Assembly: GCA_024720975.1 (NCBI GenBank)
Contig: JANJXX010000003.1
Coordinates: 85,543-149,542, forward strand
Reading direction: 5' to 3'
Length of the DNA stretch: 64,000 nt
DNA from: Thermoproteota archaeon
GTDB taxonomy: Archaea; Asgardarchaeota; Njordarchaeia; Njordarchaeales; Panguiarchaeaceae
The notes under the pieces were generated by a model that was not told the DNA's origin, searched no databases, and was given only the letters and a program-made list of their open reading frames with translations. Below are positions 31,501-39,618 of the stretch, piece after piece (positions within the stretch are counted from its first letter, which is position 1; every line of letters starts with the position of its first letter). A program made the position numbers and the translations under genes.

Positions 31501-34469
31501 CTTGAGTCGGATAACGTTACATTTGAGATGCCACTTATTCTCGCCTCAACTATAGTTGAATTGACTATAGTCACCTCTGAGGTTCTTGCTTGTATGCATT
31601 CTACTCTCGATGATGATACTTCCATCTCGGAATTTTCAAGATCCATTACAGTTACGAAACTAGTGCTAATGCTTCCAACTGAGCTATTTAACTCAACATT
31701 TTTAGCTTTCACATTCTGAGCACTAAGCTCAGAGTTTTCTGCTATATATACCCTCAACAAATCCGATACATTTTCAAGAGCAACAGTACTCGTTTTCAAT
31801 ACTGATAGGAATGTTAAGTTTGCACATAAAATAGTAAGCGTCGAATTTTCTGATTCTATTATCAAGAGCCTGGAATTCTCTATCCTAATTGACACGTTCT
31901 TTAGAAGGAGACTCCAGCCTCTAACATAAGCATCTTGGAAGGTTATATTGGAATCTCCTACTGCTAGGATTCGATCATGTTTTCCAGGCATCAATTCATG
32001 CAGTATTAGATCTCTAAAATTGGCTAGTACTAACGAAACTGTAATGTTAGATGCGAAGAGAGAGGCTTTAGAAGAGTTGATATAGATATTAGCAATTATC
32101 GAACTTCGCACTGTGACGTTGCCTTTAGTGGTATAAACGCTTGTTACTGTTACATTATCTAAGTATATAGACCCGTTCCAAGATATAATGCCAAGTGCTA
32201 TCGTTGAATTCAAAACGAGACAGTCAAAACCTATATGCGACAAGTTTAGGTATTCTATAAGACCTTCACGCAGATTCGATAGCTCAATTGAGCTGTCCAC
32301 CGCCTTCAATACTAGACTAAAAGTCGAGTTAGACGCATTTAAGGTATTACCTGGGACTATCTCGATGCTACTAAGCACTGTCTTGTAAATTTTTAGTGAC
32401 GAATTTGACGCAACTAATCTTGCTACCATAAGAGAATCTGTCAAATTGGCTTTAGCGTTTCTAAGGTATACGTCCATGCTACTCAGTATCGTACTATTTC
32501 TTACGGTTATATTAGAGTTAGCAATGTCTACCCAGCCGTTCAATATCATTATTGAGTTTTCAACTATGATGGTTGAATTATCGCAGAGTAAGTCATGTAT
32601 TATAACGGTTTCATTCTTCACTAACAGGCTGCCGTTGATTATTGTCACATTCCCCTTATCAATAATGTTACCAATAGTTTTGGGTACTATAGAGAGTGTA
32701 GGATCGCCTAGTAAGACATACTCAGCAACGGTTTTCCAATCAATGTAATAGCCCGTGATAACATTCGTTATTGGATTTCCTGCAACATATTCTGCAATTG
32801 TTCGTGCCCAAACCTGTCCAAGATTTCGCACTGATGCGTCGAATACGTTCTTTATTGTTCTCCAGAAGATCTCACCCATAAGCCCAGTTGTTACTAACTC
32901 TCCTATGTATCCCCAGGCTATTTTCGTGGATCCCAAGAACGCAATAGCACCGCCATTCGGGTTTAGAACTAAAGCTTCGCCAAGGCCATCTATATCCTTA
33001 AACCATCCGGCATCACATGAAAGTGCTATGAATATGGGATATATCTTGTTTATCTGGGCATATGCATCTCCGATGGTATACATCTGCGAGAATGTAAGAG
33101 CGAGACTGTCTGGTAAACCATGACCAGTGAACGCTATAAGATATGCTCCCTTATCGAACTCTACTCTGAAAGTTGCTCGGGTTAGGTTTCCTAGAGTCTC
33201 ATAAAGCTTCACTATTGTTGCATTCCTCACGAAGTTCTTTGAGAATTCAAGCAGGTACTCACCCTCGGGGTAACCTATTTGGAAGGTATCAGTTCCAGCG
33301 AATATGACCCTTGAGTACATAGGACTTGTAGGATAGTACTGCGCTATCTTTTCGATGACGCCGATAGCTTCAGTCAGATTACTCGCAGGTATACGCCCGA
33401 TAAGCACATCTGGAATTCCATCTACCTTGTCATATCTAAGATCTCCCCAAAGACCATCTCCATTATCGTCCCAAGAGTACTGTAAATCTGCATAGTACAG
33501 ATCTGTCTCCACGAATTTACCATCTATCTCTGGATCATCGTCATAAGCACCGTCTGGTATGTATACCTCCCTGACTGGGACAACATCACTATCTCCTAGA
33601 ATAATGACATATATAACGTTGTAGTTCTGAACAAAACTTCTTATGCAGTTTCTTATTTTCTCTGGAGAATCTCGTCCTTCGAATTCACTATATATGTCTT
33701 CTACGAATTTTACTACAGATCTTAGACCCTCCCTGGATTTTAGACTTACTAGTTTTTCTGCAGCTGTTGATAAATGTCTTGACGTTATTATCAGTAGATC
33801 AATTGAATCTTCACGAGCCTTCGTTGCTGGCTCTCGTACTTGGTACCTTAGATCCATGCGAATATCTTCATAGATTACTACTTGATTTTTGTCCAATAGT
33901 CTTAAGGGATATATGCGAATCACAAGATACGTTGTTCTCTCCAAAGTTGCTGGGTCTATACCGCGATAAATGTTCACCGTGTAAAGTGGAAAGTCTGCTT
34001 TGGGGTATGGTCTCACCAATCTGAGATCTCCAGCAGTTGAAGCTAGTGCTATTGGGTAATTACCGCTACTGTATCCATATAGGTATCTTTTTGAAATAGG
34101 CTCCAAGAACACTCTCACATTTTCTGCATTGTAAGGCAATTTTATTATTGTAATATTGACCGGAAGTAAATTGCCCTCCACCGGCAGAATCTTAGTGTTC
34201 GAAATAGAAGGTATGGCTCCGGTAGACCAAGTATCATCAAGCAACCTAAATCTCAGATGAATAGACATTTTAAGTGTCTTGTCGGGGTTCGTTATTAATT
34301 GATTGAGAATTCTACTTTCCTTGATGTAATTTGGATCCTGGTAATCATTCATAATATTTGCGGTGGCGTTATCTTTATCGAGTACGAATATCACTTGTAG
34401 TGACTGAGCAGCGGCCACTGGCGTCATGCTCATTAATATTACTATTGCAAGTGTGGCGTATTTATTCAT
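28503..34469 (-). CDS. Giant secreted, C-terminally anchored C25 (gingipain-like) cysteine peptidase with long beta-solenoid region
   Basis: Signal peptide, propeptide, C25 motifs (LGD..VP, TDLYYADL, IGRIP, FTGHG, SCDAG, GGAIAFLG, LLGDP), about 1300 aa rich in I/V/S/N, C-terminal TM plus KKRK. Confidence 0.88.
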   Translation of the reverse strand: MNKYATLAIVILMSMTPVAAAQSLQVIFVLDKDNATANIMNDYQDPNYIKESRILNQLITNPDKTLKMSIHLRFRLLDDTWSTGAIPSISNTKILPVEGNLLPVNITIIKLPYNAENVRVFLEPISKRYLYGYSSGNYPIALASTAGDLRLVRPYPKADFPLYTVNIYRGIDPATLERTTYLVIRIYPLRLLDKNQVVIYEDIRMDLRYQVREPATKAREDSIDLLIITSRHLSTAAEKLVSLKSREGLRSVVKFVEDIYSEFEGRDSPEKIRNCIRSFVQNYNVIYVIILGDSDVVPVREVYIPDGAYDDDPEIDGKFVETDLYYADLQYSWDDNGDGLWGDLRYDKVDGIPDVLIGRIPASNLTEAIGVIEKIAQYYPTSPMYSRVIFAGTDTFQIGYPEGEYLLEFSKNFVRNATIVKLYETLGNLTRATFRVEFDKGAYLIAFTGHGLPDSLALTFSQMYTIGDAYAQINKIYPIFIALSCDAGWFKDIDGLGEALVLNPNGGAIAFLGSTKIAWGYIGELVTTGLMGEIFWRTIKNVFDASVRNLGQVWARTIAEYVAGNPITNVITGYYIDWKTVAEYVLLGDPTLSIVPKTIGNIIDKGNVTIINGSLLVKNETVIIHDLLCDNSTIIVENSIMILNGWVDIANSNITVRNSTILSSMDVYLRNAKANLTDSLMVARLVASNSSLKIYKTVLSSIEIVPGNTLNASNSTFSLVLKAVDSSIELSNLREGLIEYLNLSHIGFDCLVLNSTIALGIISWNGSIYLDNVTVTSVYTTKGNVTVRSSIIANIYINSSKASLFASNITVSLVLANFRDLILHELMPGKHDRILAVGDSNITFQDAYVRGWSLLLKNVSIRIENSRLLIIESENSTLTILCANLTFLSVLKTSTVALENVSDLLRVYIAENSELSAQNVKAKNVELNSSVGSISTSFVTVMDLENSEMEVSSSRVECIQARTSEVTIVNSTIVEARISGISNVTLSDSRSAVIDVENSSKLISEKSKILYWLRVYDSANILARDSMIWFGLVYKLENVEIENLKPGDIHYMILVKSGGWSINLSNVYVLGWDILSYDSNIVVKSSILGWIYLFYNSRLSIESSEASLVRVTHDSSVDIVESIIDTIFASGGSKTNAYRSILNTVYVLGNAEINLNSVVFDIVAGLGNAAKARILSSYGGVVAAISGTDIFIDKSVVTIYIAISEENAVIRNLKPGYISSWNSDVLNVDESWRINVVNSHGSWILDLSLGEFTVENSLLSQLYISNATARVKNVIVSDLMGIYGSKLVIYNSKLSSITIIWGSSVAFNETTSIYTYIIESDVFMTKTTANIILGFLEGSYRLKLRPGYYENATLSEFVNASTPIKLTLVNTSITGWYAIGLGIYGRVELEIIESDVISVGIAYNGMLILENSRVYGYSEVHLEGGANVSAIIRNSATRLYLGLSQIEDVVNIDGVGAYKPISLDISKNLRIINTTILEVSIDAYRSNISIRNSKIRTMNLVESKILVENSRINEILAEGSEAYISSSYVEKARLVLCDVVLLNSNIGDFMPYLTEFSIVGSEIGLSIYIIFTEAYAQGVQPTYLYKASAPEDIPLFSRGLFIDTKISRWSFVVGEFSRLELRDSKVHKVDVSSYTSTVIIKSSTVGSVSMRYGGDIVINESKIGLNFSIVNLGLTLRNLGEGSLPKSTTTDIADRAPWNISVSQVEITMLNITVHGALVSLENLSASIILINASSSILMNNSRSLYLIVGGPSDLEISSSFVRLLNPGYGTRLYISKSQVGIVDVFVYGHVELKNILGVTKFYNEQMGYRIDAYASELIDLTILAMMFSNVTVINSQIFTLGADGFSRIWLIDTLLEYPIFAEDLSEIHILYTLTIEVLYDLREPEFAKVTIIGRDSRTYELDAPKGKCKIVLYQGIVREYERLDLGEYEIRASVGGFSASRSIYLWKPMKVTIIILGPFLISLIITILVTVVFVGLLFIKKRKMQKL

Positions 34470-35363
34470 CTAAACCACCCCCACAACTTTAAGGCTCATA
34501 AGACGTTTACGCACATTTTCAATAATTCTTCGCCCTCGCCCTGCATTTAAAACTCCTAAGATGAAGAATATGAAGGCAAGAGTGGCAAGACCTTGGATAA
34601 ATATTGAGAGCAGATCTAAAACACCACATGCAATGTACATATTTCCTCCACTCCTCATACTTTTGGCTCCTGACATAATTTCTCTCATGATATCGAGACC
34701 TATCATTCCTTCCTTAGATACTTTCTCATACCCAGCTGGGGAGGCCATAGTCATTGATCCTGTAGATATTCCATAGCCACTAAATGTTGCCATTGCCTGA
34801 ATACTAGAAATCAGCTTGTTCGCAAACTCCTTTATGCTAATTCCAATAAAAATAAATGCTAAGCCTATGCAAAGGTATACTACAGCGTTTGAGGCCGTTG
34901 CATATAAATTTAAACCTAGTGATATATGTTGCAATCTACTCTGAATGTAATCAAAATCTAGAAGAGGCAGGTGCGTATTTATGTAGTCGAGTTCTGCAAT
35001 ATAACCCCATAGAATAAGAGCTATGATTAATTCAGCCAAACCGCTAACGAAGAAAAGTACTCCTGATGCTATATTGTACTTCTCTCGGCGTTCAATTCGA
35101 AGCGCCGAATACAGTATGTAGAGGGTCACGATAAACCATATTACACTAGAGATTACGTTAAGCGTAAATATCTGATTTTGCGCACTAAGTATCTTTCTCA
35201 TATAATACAACTCCGTATATTCAACTACACTGTAGTATATCTGAAGACTCCAACCCTGGAATACAAACATTAGAATCCATAAAGCGAATATTCCATGCTC
35301 AAAAGCTCTGCCCCTTCGTTCCTCTCTCACGCCAAGAAGCTCATCTAACTTCGAAATTTCCAT
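34470..35363 (-). CDS. Hypothetical polytopic membrane protein abutting the C25 gene
   Basis: About 6 TM segments; its stop is directly adjacent to the C25 start. Confidence 0.7.
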   Translation of the reverse strand: MEISKLDELLGVREERRGRAFEHGIFALWILMFVFQGWSLQIYYSVVEYTELYYMRKILSAQNQIFTLNVISSVIWFIVTLYILYSALRIERREKYNIASGVLFFVSGLAELIIALILWGYIAELDYINTHLPLLDFDYIQSRLQHISLGLNLYATASNAVVYLCIGLAFIFIGISIKEFANKLISSIQAMATFSGYGISTGSMTMASPAGYEKVSKEGMIGLDIMREIMSGAKSMRSGGNMYIACGVLDLLSIFIQGLATLAFIFFILGVLNAGRGRRIIENVRKRLMSLKVVGVV

Positions 35364-35433
35364 GTCGAACGTCCTCTTTTAGAGCCGAGTTTAGAAATGC
35401 AAAAATGTCTACATAAAGCTGCATCCAACATTA

Positions 35434-36282
35434 CTACAAAGTAAAAGGAGGCCTGCTCAGTTTTATAGGCTTTCCATTAACAAAAGTTTCGATTTCAACA
35501 TAATCGGAGAGAATCCCTGCTCTGACCTTTTTCATTAATACTTCCTCTACTTGGAAAACTCCCGCTCCATCGGTCATATTAATTTCTATCCTTATTGGCT
35601 TCTGATGTCCCTTCTTTATATCAACCTCAACTATGCTCAGCGCTGACAAAGAATGTATATCGACTTTTCCAATGCTGTAGGGACGCCTGCTACGGCCAGC
35701 GGCCATATCACAACCATCAGCAATTTTAATCACAGAACCTTCCACAGTATATGCAAACACATCTTCATCGTGGCTGTATATTGCATTTGCTACATGCGCA
35801 TAGATAAGCCACTTCTTTTCTAACGGCTCGTCTCTCCAGATTCTCCTGACGTACTTCCAAATAATCTTATTTGCTACAAGCAACGAGAAGCCATAGTGAA
35901 ATTCTCTGTGAACCATATTACCTAAGTCGTGAATAAACGCTGCCAGTGCCACAACTGCAGCAGCGTCGTCGAAAGAGCCAACATTTGACGATACAATATT
36001 TGGTTGCACATGATCCTTGAGTAATATTAGAATCTTCAGCGCATTTCTAGTTGTTATTATTGCATGCGCACGTCCATGATCATTATACTTTAGGTACTGG
36101 ACTATTATGTGATTGGTGGCATTCTGTGCAGCTTTTATTTCTGGATCGCGGAGCATGGTCTCAATGAGGGCCATAGTCCTACTCAGACCGTTCTGCCTTG
36201 GAATATCTCTTAGCTCACTTACGATGTTCTTAATGCGCATTTTTTCTGAAATCTGAGGCTTTATTTCCAGGTAGTCGCTCAT
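35434..36282 (-). CDS. HD-domain metal-dependent phosphohydrolase
   Basis: 'YNDHGRAHA', 'IHDLGN..HR..H', 'SHD', 'IADGCDM..GRSR' motifs. Confidence 0.88.
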   Translation of the reverse strand: MSDYLEIKPQISEKMRIKNIVSELRDIPRQNGLSRTMALIETMLRDPEIKAAQNATNHIIVQYLKYNDHGRAHAIITTRNALKILILLKDHVQPNIVSSNVGSFDDAAAVVALAAFIHDLGNMVHREFHYGFSLLVANKIIWKYVRRIWRDEPLEKKWLIYAHVANAIYSHDEDVFAYTVEGSVIKIADGCDMAAGRSRRPYSIGKVDIHSLSALSIVEVDIKKGHQKPIRIEINMTDGAGVFQVEEVLMKKVRAGILSDYVEIETFVNGKPIKLSRPPFTL

Positions 36283-36392
36283 GGAATACACACTCTTACA
36301 ACCAAACAACAGAGGTAAAAGAACGCAGGTAGTATCAAAGCGTTTTGGAGAATTTTAAAGACAATTAAAGGAGTCGAGTTAAAAATAAGAGA

Positions 36393-38249
36393 TCAAAACA
36401 TATGCCATTCTTTTTCTAGTGCTATTGGGTCAGCACCCAATGCCCTGCGGATTAATTCTTTTATCTCAGTCGAAATTAAAATTGGTGGCCTCTTCAACCT
36501 GTAGCGTACCTCTCTTATAAGGCTTTCTACTTCATCTTTTCTTCCACTAAGGTCTAGCTGCACTAAGTTAGCTTTTGTTCCTTTTAGTAGCGTCTCCGCC
36601 GTGTATACTATCAGACCGATTCCTACGATCCATCCTATTATAGGTATCATCATCAAAGCCACCCCGATGAGTATTAAGACAACTCCTAGAGCTGTATTTA
36701 AGGCTGTTGGCTCCGCTTTCAGGATGCTTATCGTTTCAGTTATTGACATGTCTCCCCAACATGGATATTGTAATACTAGCCTGTCACCTCTTTTCCTGAA
36801 GAGCATTTTCGAAATCGCAGTCTTTTTATCAATACTACAATAACTTCTATATGATGATGAACTTATTATTGCTTCAGTCACATCAGTGATTTTTAGTTTA
36901 GGATTGCCCTGAAATGGACTAAATACTCTTGTTGCAATTGCGTAAAGCCTCACTGATGTGCGCATTTCCCGCTCAATAGATGGTTTCGGAAGCTCTTCCT
37001 TTACTCGCGCTTCTTCCATTGGTTTAGGCATAACGGGAATTTTAGTCTCCACACTTATTTGCTCTAATTGTTTAGCTTCTGACACTATTCCCCGCTTGCT
37101 GATTATGTCTCCAAACCCAATGAGATTTACCTGTCTTATAAACTCTCGTATTCTATTTGGATCTTTAGACTTCGAGATTGCCTCCTCAAAAGCTCGTTCA
37201 GCGGCTTTTCTTAGCAGCTCTCTAAAGCTAGCTTCTGGGAAAATATAAAGTAAGTCGGCAATTTCTCCACTTAACAGGCCCCGGCTTTTTCCCTTAAGAA
37301 CGTCTGCCCAAGAATCGTGAGGCAATCTGAAGGAGTAGTGAGGTGCTCTAGCAAGGTATCTTCTAATCTTATTCAAAGTTTGGCTTCCTAACAAAACTGC
37401 TCGAGGGGGTGCCTCCTCACCTTTTATCTCTCTTCTAGCCTCAATATACACCGCATCAAACAAATCCTGGTGCATTTCATACTCGGGCATTAGTGTCATT
37501 GTCATTAATGTCAGGAGAGTTTCCAATCTATCATCAGCATCACCGACAACACTCCAGAGTATTCTATCAACATACTCAAGCATACCCTCCGGTATCTTAT
37601 TAGCAAAATCGATGTCTAAAACATTCCTACGGGAGATCACAAGATCCCTTATGACTTGCCAAATGTACACTGGAAGCCTTCCAGCCTTCTTGACAACCAC
37701 ATCCGCTGCTTCGGGTTTTACCTCTATACCCTCCCTACGAGCAAACCTAGATAATATCTCATTCAAATACTTCTCAGCCATTTCCTCAACTAATACTATT
37801 CTGAAAATCGAATCCGGTTTTTCTCCAAGCTTCGATCTAAGTTCATCTAGTAACTCAATCCTAGAAGTAGCTATAAGCATTCTCGGACGGTTCTCAACAA
37901 TTGATCTCAAAGACCGGATATCCATCCCAGGAATATCATCATAAAACAAAACTATACCAGCGGATTCATGATCCCTTCTCAAAACCTCCCCATTTATAAC
38001 CTTAGCCACACGATAACCCATGTCCATGAGTCTCCTGAGAACCATAGATAATAAAGCGGTCTTCCCAGTACCAGCTTTACCAATTATTAGAACGCACTCA
38101 CCTCTCTTAATGTGTTCTATTGCTTCATCCAGAGCCTTTGAGCGATTATCATCGAACACGAACTCATCGTAGATATAACTAGGTAATCTTAGGAATCCCT
38201 CCGCACCTACCAGTTGATCAGGAGAGTTTATGACTTCATAATACGACAT
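36393..38249 (-). CDS. P-loop ATPase (STAND-like architecture) with C-terminal TM hairpin
   Basis: GKAGTGKT, Walker B IVLFYDD, 'ATSR' sensor, 'AGRLP' GxP-like motif, 'PHD' motif, two TM helices near the C-terminus. Confidence 0.75.
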   Translation of the reverse strand: MSYYEVINSPDQLVGAEGFLRLPSYIYDEFVFDDNRSKALDEAIEHIKRGECVLIIGKAGTGKTALLSMVLRRLMDMGYRVAKVINGEVLRRDHESAGIVLFYDDIPGMDIRSLRSIVENRPRMLIATSRIELLDELRSKLGEKPDSIFRIVLVEEMAEKYLNEILSRFARREGIEVKPEAADVVVKKAGRLPVYIWQVIRDLVISRRNVLDIDFANKIPEGMLEYVDRILWSVVGDADDRLETLLTLMTMTLMPEYEMHQDLFDAVYIEARREIKGEEAPPRAVLLGSQTLNKIRRYLARAPHYSFRLPHDSWADVLKGKSRGLLSGEIADLLYIFPEASFRELLRKAAERAFEEAISKSKDPNRIREFIRQVNLIGFGDIISKRGIVSEAKQLEQISVETKIPVMPKPMEEARVKEELPKPSIEREMRTSVRLYAIATRVFSPFQGNPKLKITDVTEAIISSSSYRSYCSIDKKTAISKMLFRKRGDRLVLQYPCWGDMSITETISILKAEPTALNTALGVVLILIGVALMMIPIIGWIVGIGLIVYTAETLLKGTKANLVQLDLSGRKDEVESLIREVRYRLKRPPILISTEIKELIRRALGADPIALEKEWHMF

Positions 38250-38371
38250 TGTTATCACAATTAAAACGACTAAGATAACGTGCGGTCAATTAATTAAAAT
38301 ATTATTAATTGAAAAATAAATTAGCTACTATATCGAGAACAAAAACGAAGAAAAATCTCTGAGAATGATAC

Positions 38372-38704
38372 CTAACGAACACGCGAACCAAGTTTGACTG
38401 GCTTATCTATTGTCAAGACGGATACTTGTGAACCATCGTCAGCGGCGAGAAGCATTCCCTGGCTAGTTACTCCTCTAATAACTTTAGTCTCTAGATTAGC
38501 TAACACTATTACGTACTTTCCTAGAAGTTCCTCCTTAGGATACCAAGGTTTTATACCTGCCACTAGCGTTCTTACTTCATTTCCAATATCTACTTTAAGA
38601 ATATATAGCTTATCTGCCTTAGGGTGATCAATAACTTCTGTTATTTTACCAACACGTAGTTCCAATTTTTCAAAGTCTTCGAGGGACACCACTTTCATGT
38701 GCAT
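38372..38704 (-). CDS. Stand-alone tRNA-binding OB-fold protein (MetRS beta / Trbp111 / CsaA family)
   Basis: 'FEKLELRVGKI', 'HPKADKL', 'LVAGI', 'ANL..K.IRGVTSQGMLLAA' motifs. Confidence 0.92.
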   Translation of the reverse strand: MHMKVVSLEDFEKLELRVGKITEVIDHPKADKLYILKVDIGNEVRTLVAGIKPWYPKEELLGKYVIVLANLETKVIRGVTSQGMLLAADDGSQVSVLTIDKPVKLGSRVR

Positions 38705-39327
38705 TACCCCATAACTAAAAGCCTCTTTCTTAGATTATCGAGTATTTTTTCCCTAGCTACTGATGCATCCCACTCTCCTTTTGTGAAATACTTTTGCGTA
38801 ACAGAACAAAGTCCAGCTCTAGATAAGTCCTCCAATAAGGTATTGATTATGGACTCTATAGTTTTGTCATCGAGTTTATTCAGGAGCTCAGGAGCATGTT
38901 CTTTGACCGCATCTGCGAAGACCTCAGTTATTTTTCTAATTTCTCTTCTCTTAGCTGTATCCATAAATTCTACTAGCTTTTCTGCGATTTTCGTAATGAC
39001 ATCCCCTAAGGCTCTCCTCGTCACACCTGCTGCCTCCTCAGCAATTTCACTAATTGGAGGTTTAGCACTTGGTAGTGTTATACCGTACTTTTCTAGGATT
39101 CTTCTTAAGAGATCGATATTAATCTCGTGCATAGATTTTCTTCGCTCGTCTACTGGGAGACCTAATTTCTTCACCAATGGAAAACTCAATCCTAAAGCTT
39201 CAATTTCTTTTCTAGAAAATCCTTTTCCTCTCACCAAACGTTTTACTCGGGGGCTTAAGACGAGAATTTCGTTTCTTAGTAGGATGATATCCTCATTAGA
39301 GACCCTAGGGAATTTTCCATGTGACAT
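38704..39327 (-). CDS. Ribosomal protein eL13-like domain fused to an unknown ~120-aa helical domain
   Basis: 'RGKGFSRKEIEALGL....KKLGLPVDERRKSMHEINIDLL' matches the eL13 core; GGTGA SD before ATG 39327. Confidence 0.75.
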   Translation of the reverse strand: MSHGKFPRVSNEDIILLRNEILVLSPRVKRLVRGKGFSRKEIEALGLSFPLVKKLGLPVDERRKSMHEINIDLLRRILEKYGITLPSAKPPISEIAEEAAGVTRRALGDVITKIAEKLVEFMDTAKRREIRKITEVFADAVKEHAPELLNKLDDKTIESIINTLLEDLSRAGLCSVTQKYFTKGEWDASVAREKILDNLRKRLLVMG

Positions 39328-39618
39328 TTGAGAGTCACCTATCAAAGATTCGTACCAGAGTTTAATTCCGATGAATTTGATCTATTGAGGATTATTGTAT
39401 AAACTTTATAATGGAGACCTTAAGCTAGAATGTTCTACCAACAATCACATAAGCATTATTGAGCCCCTGAACGCTCAGTACTGTGACACCAAAGTAAATA
39501 GTAAGCTCAAGAGTGTTGAAGACACTTAATCCAGAGCTACGGATCACTTTTGCGCGTGTGATGCATCTGCTTTAGGTACTGCATGCAGCGTTAGTTGCTG
39601 ATGTTCTTCGTTTTTATT

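Noticed and set aside
39556-39603. Possible C/D box sRNA (GTGATGC...CTGA)
   Set aside because: It is too short, the internal boxes are unconvincing, and no target can be checked.
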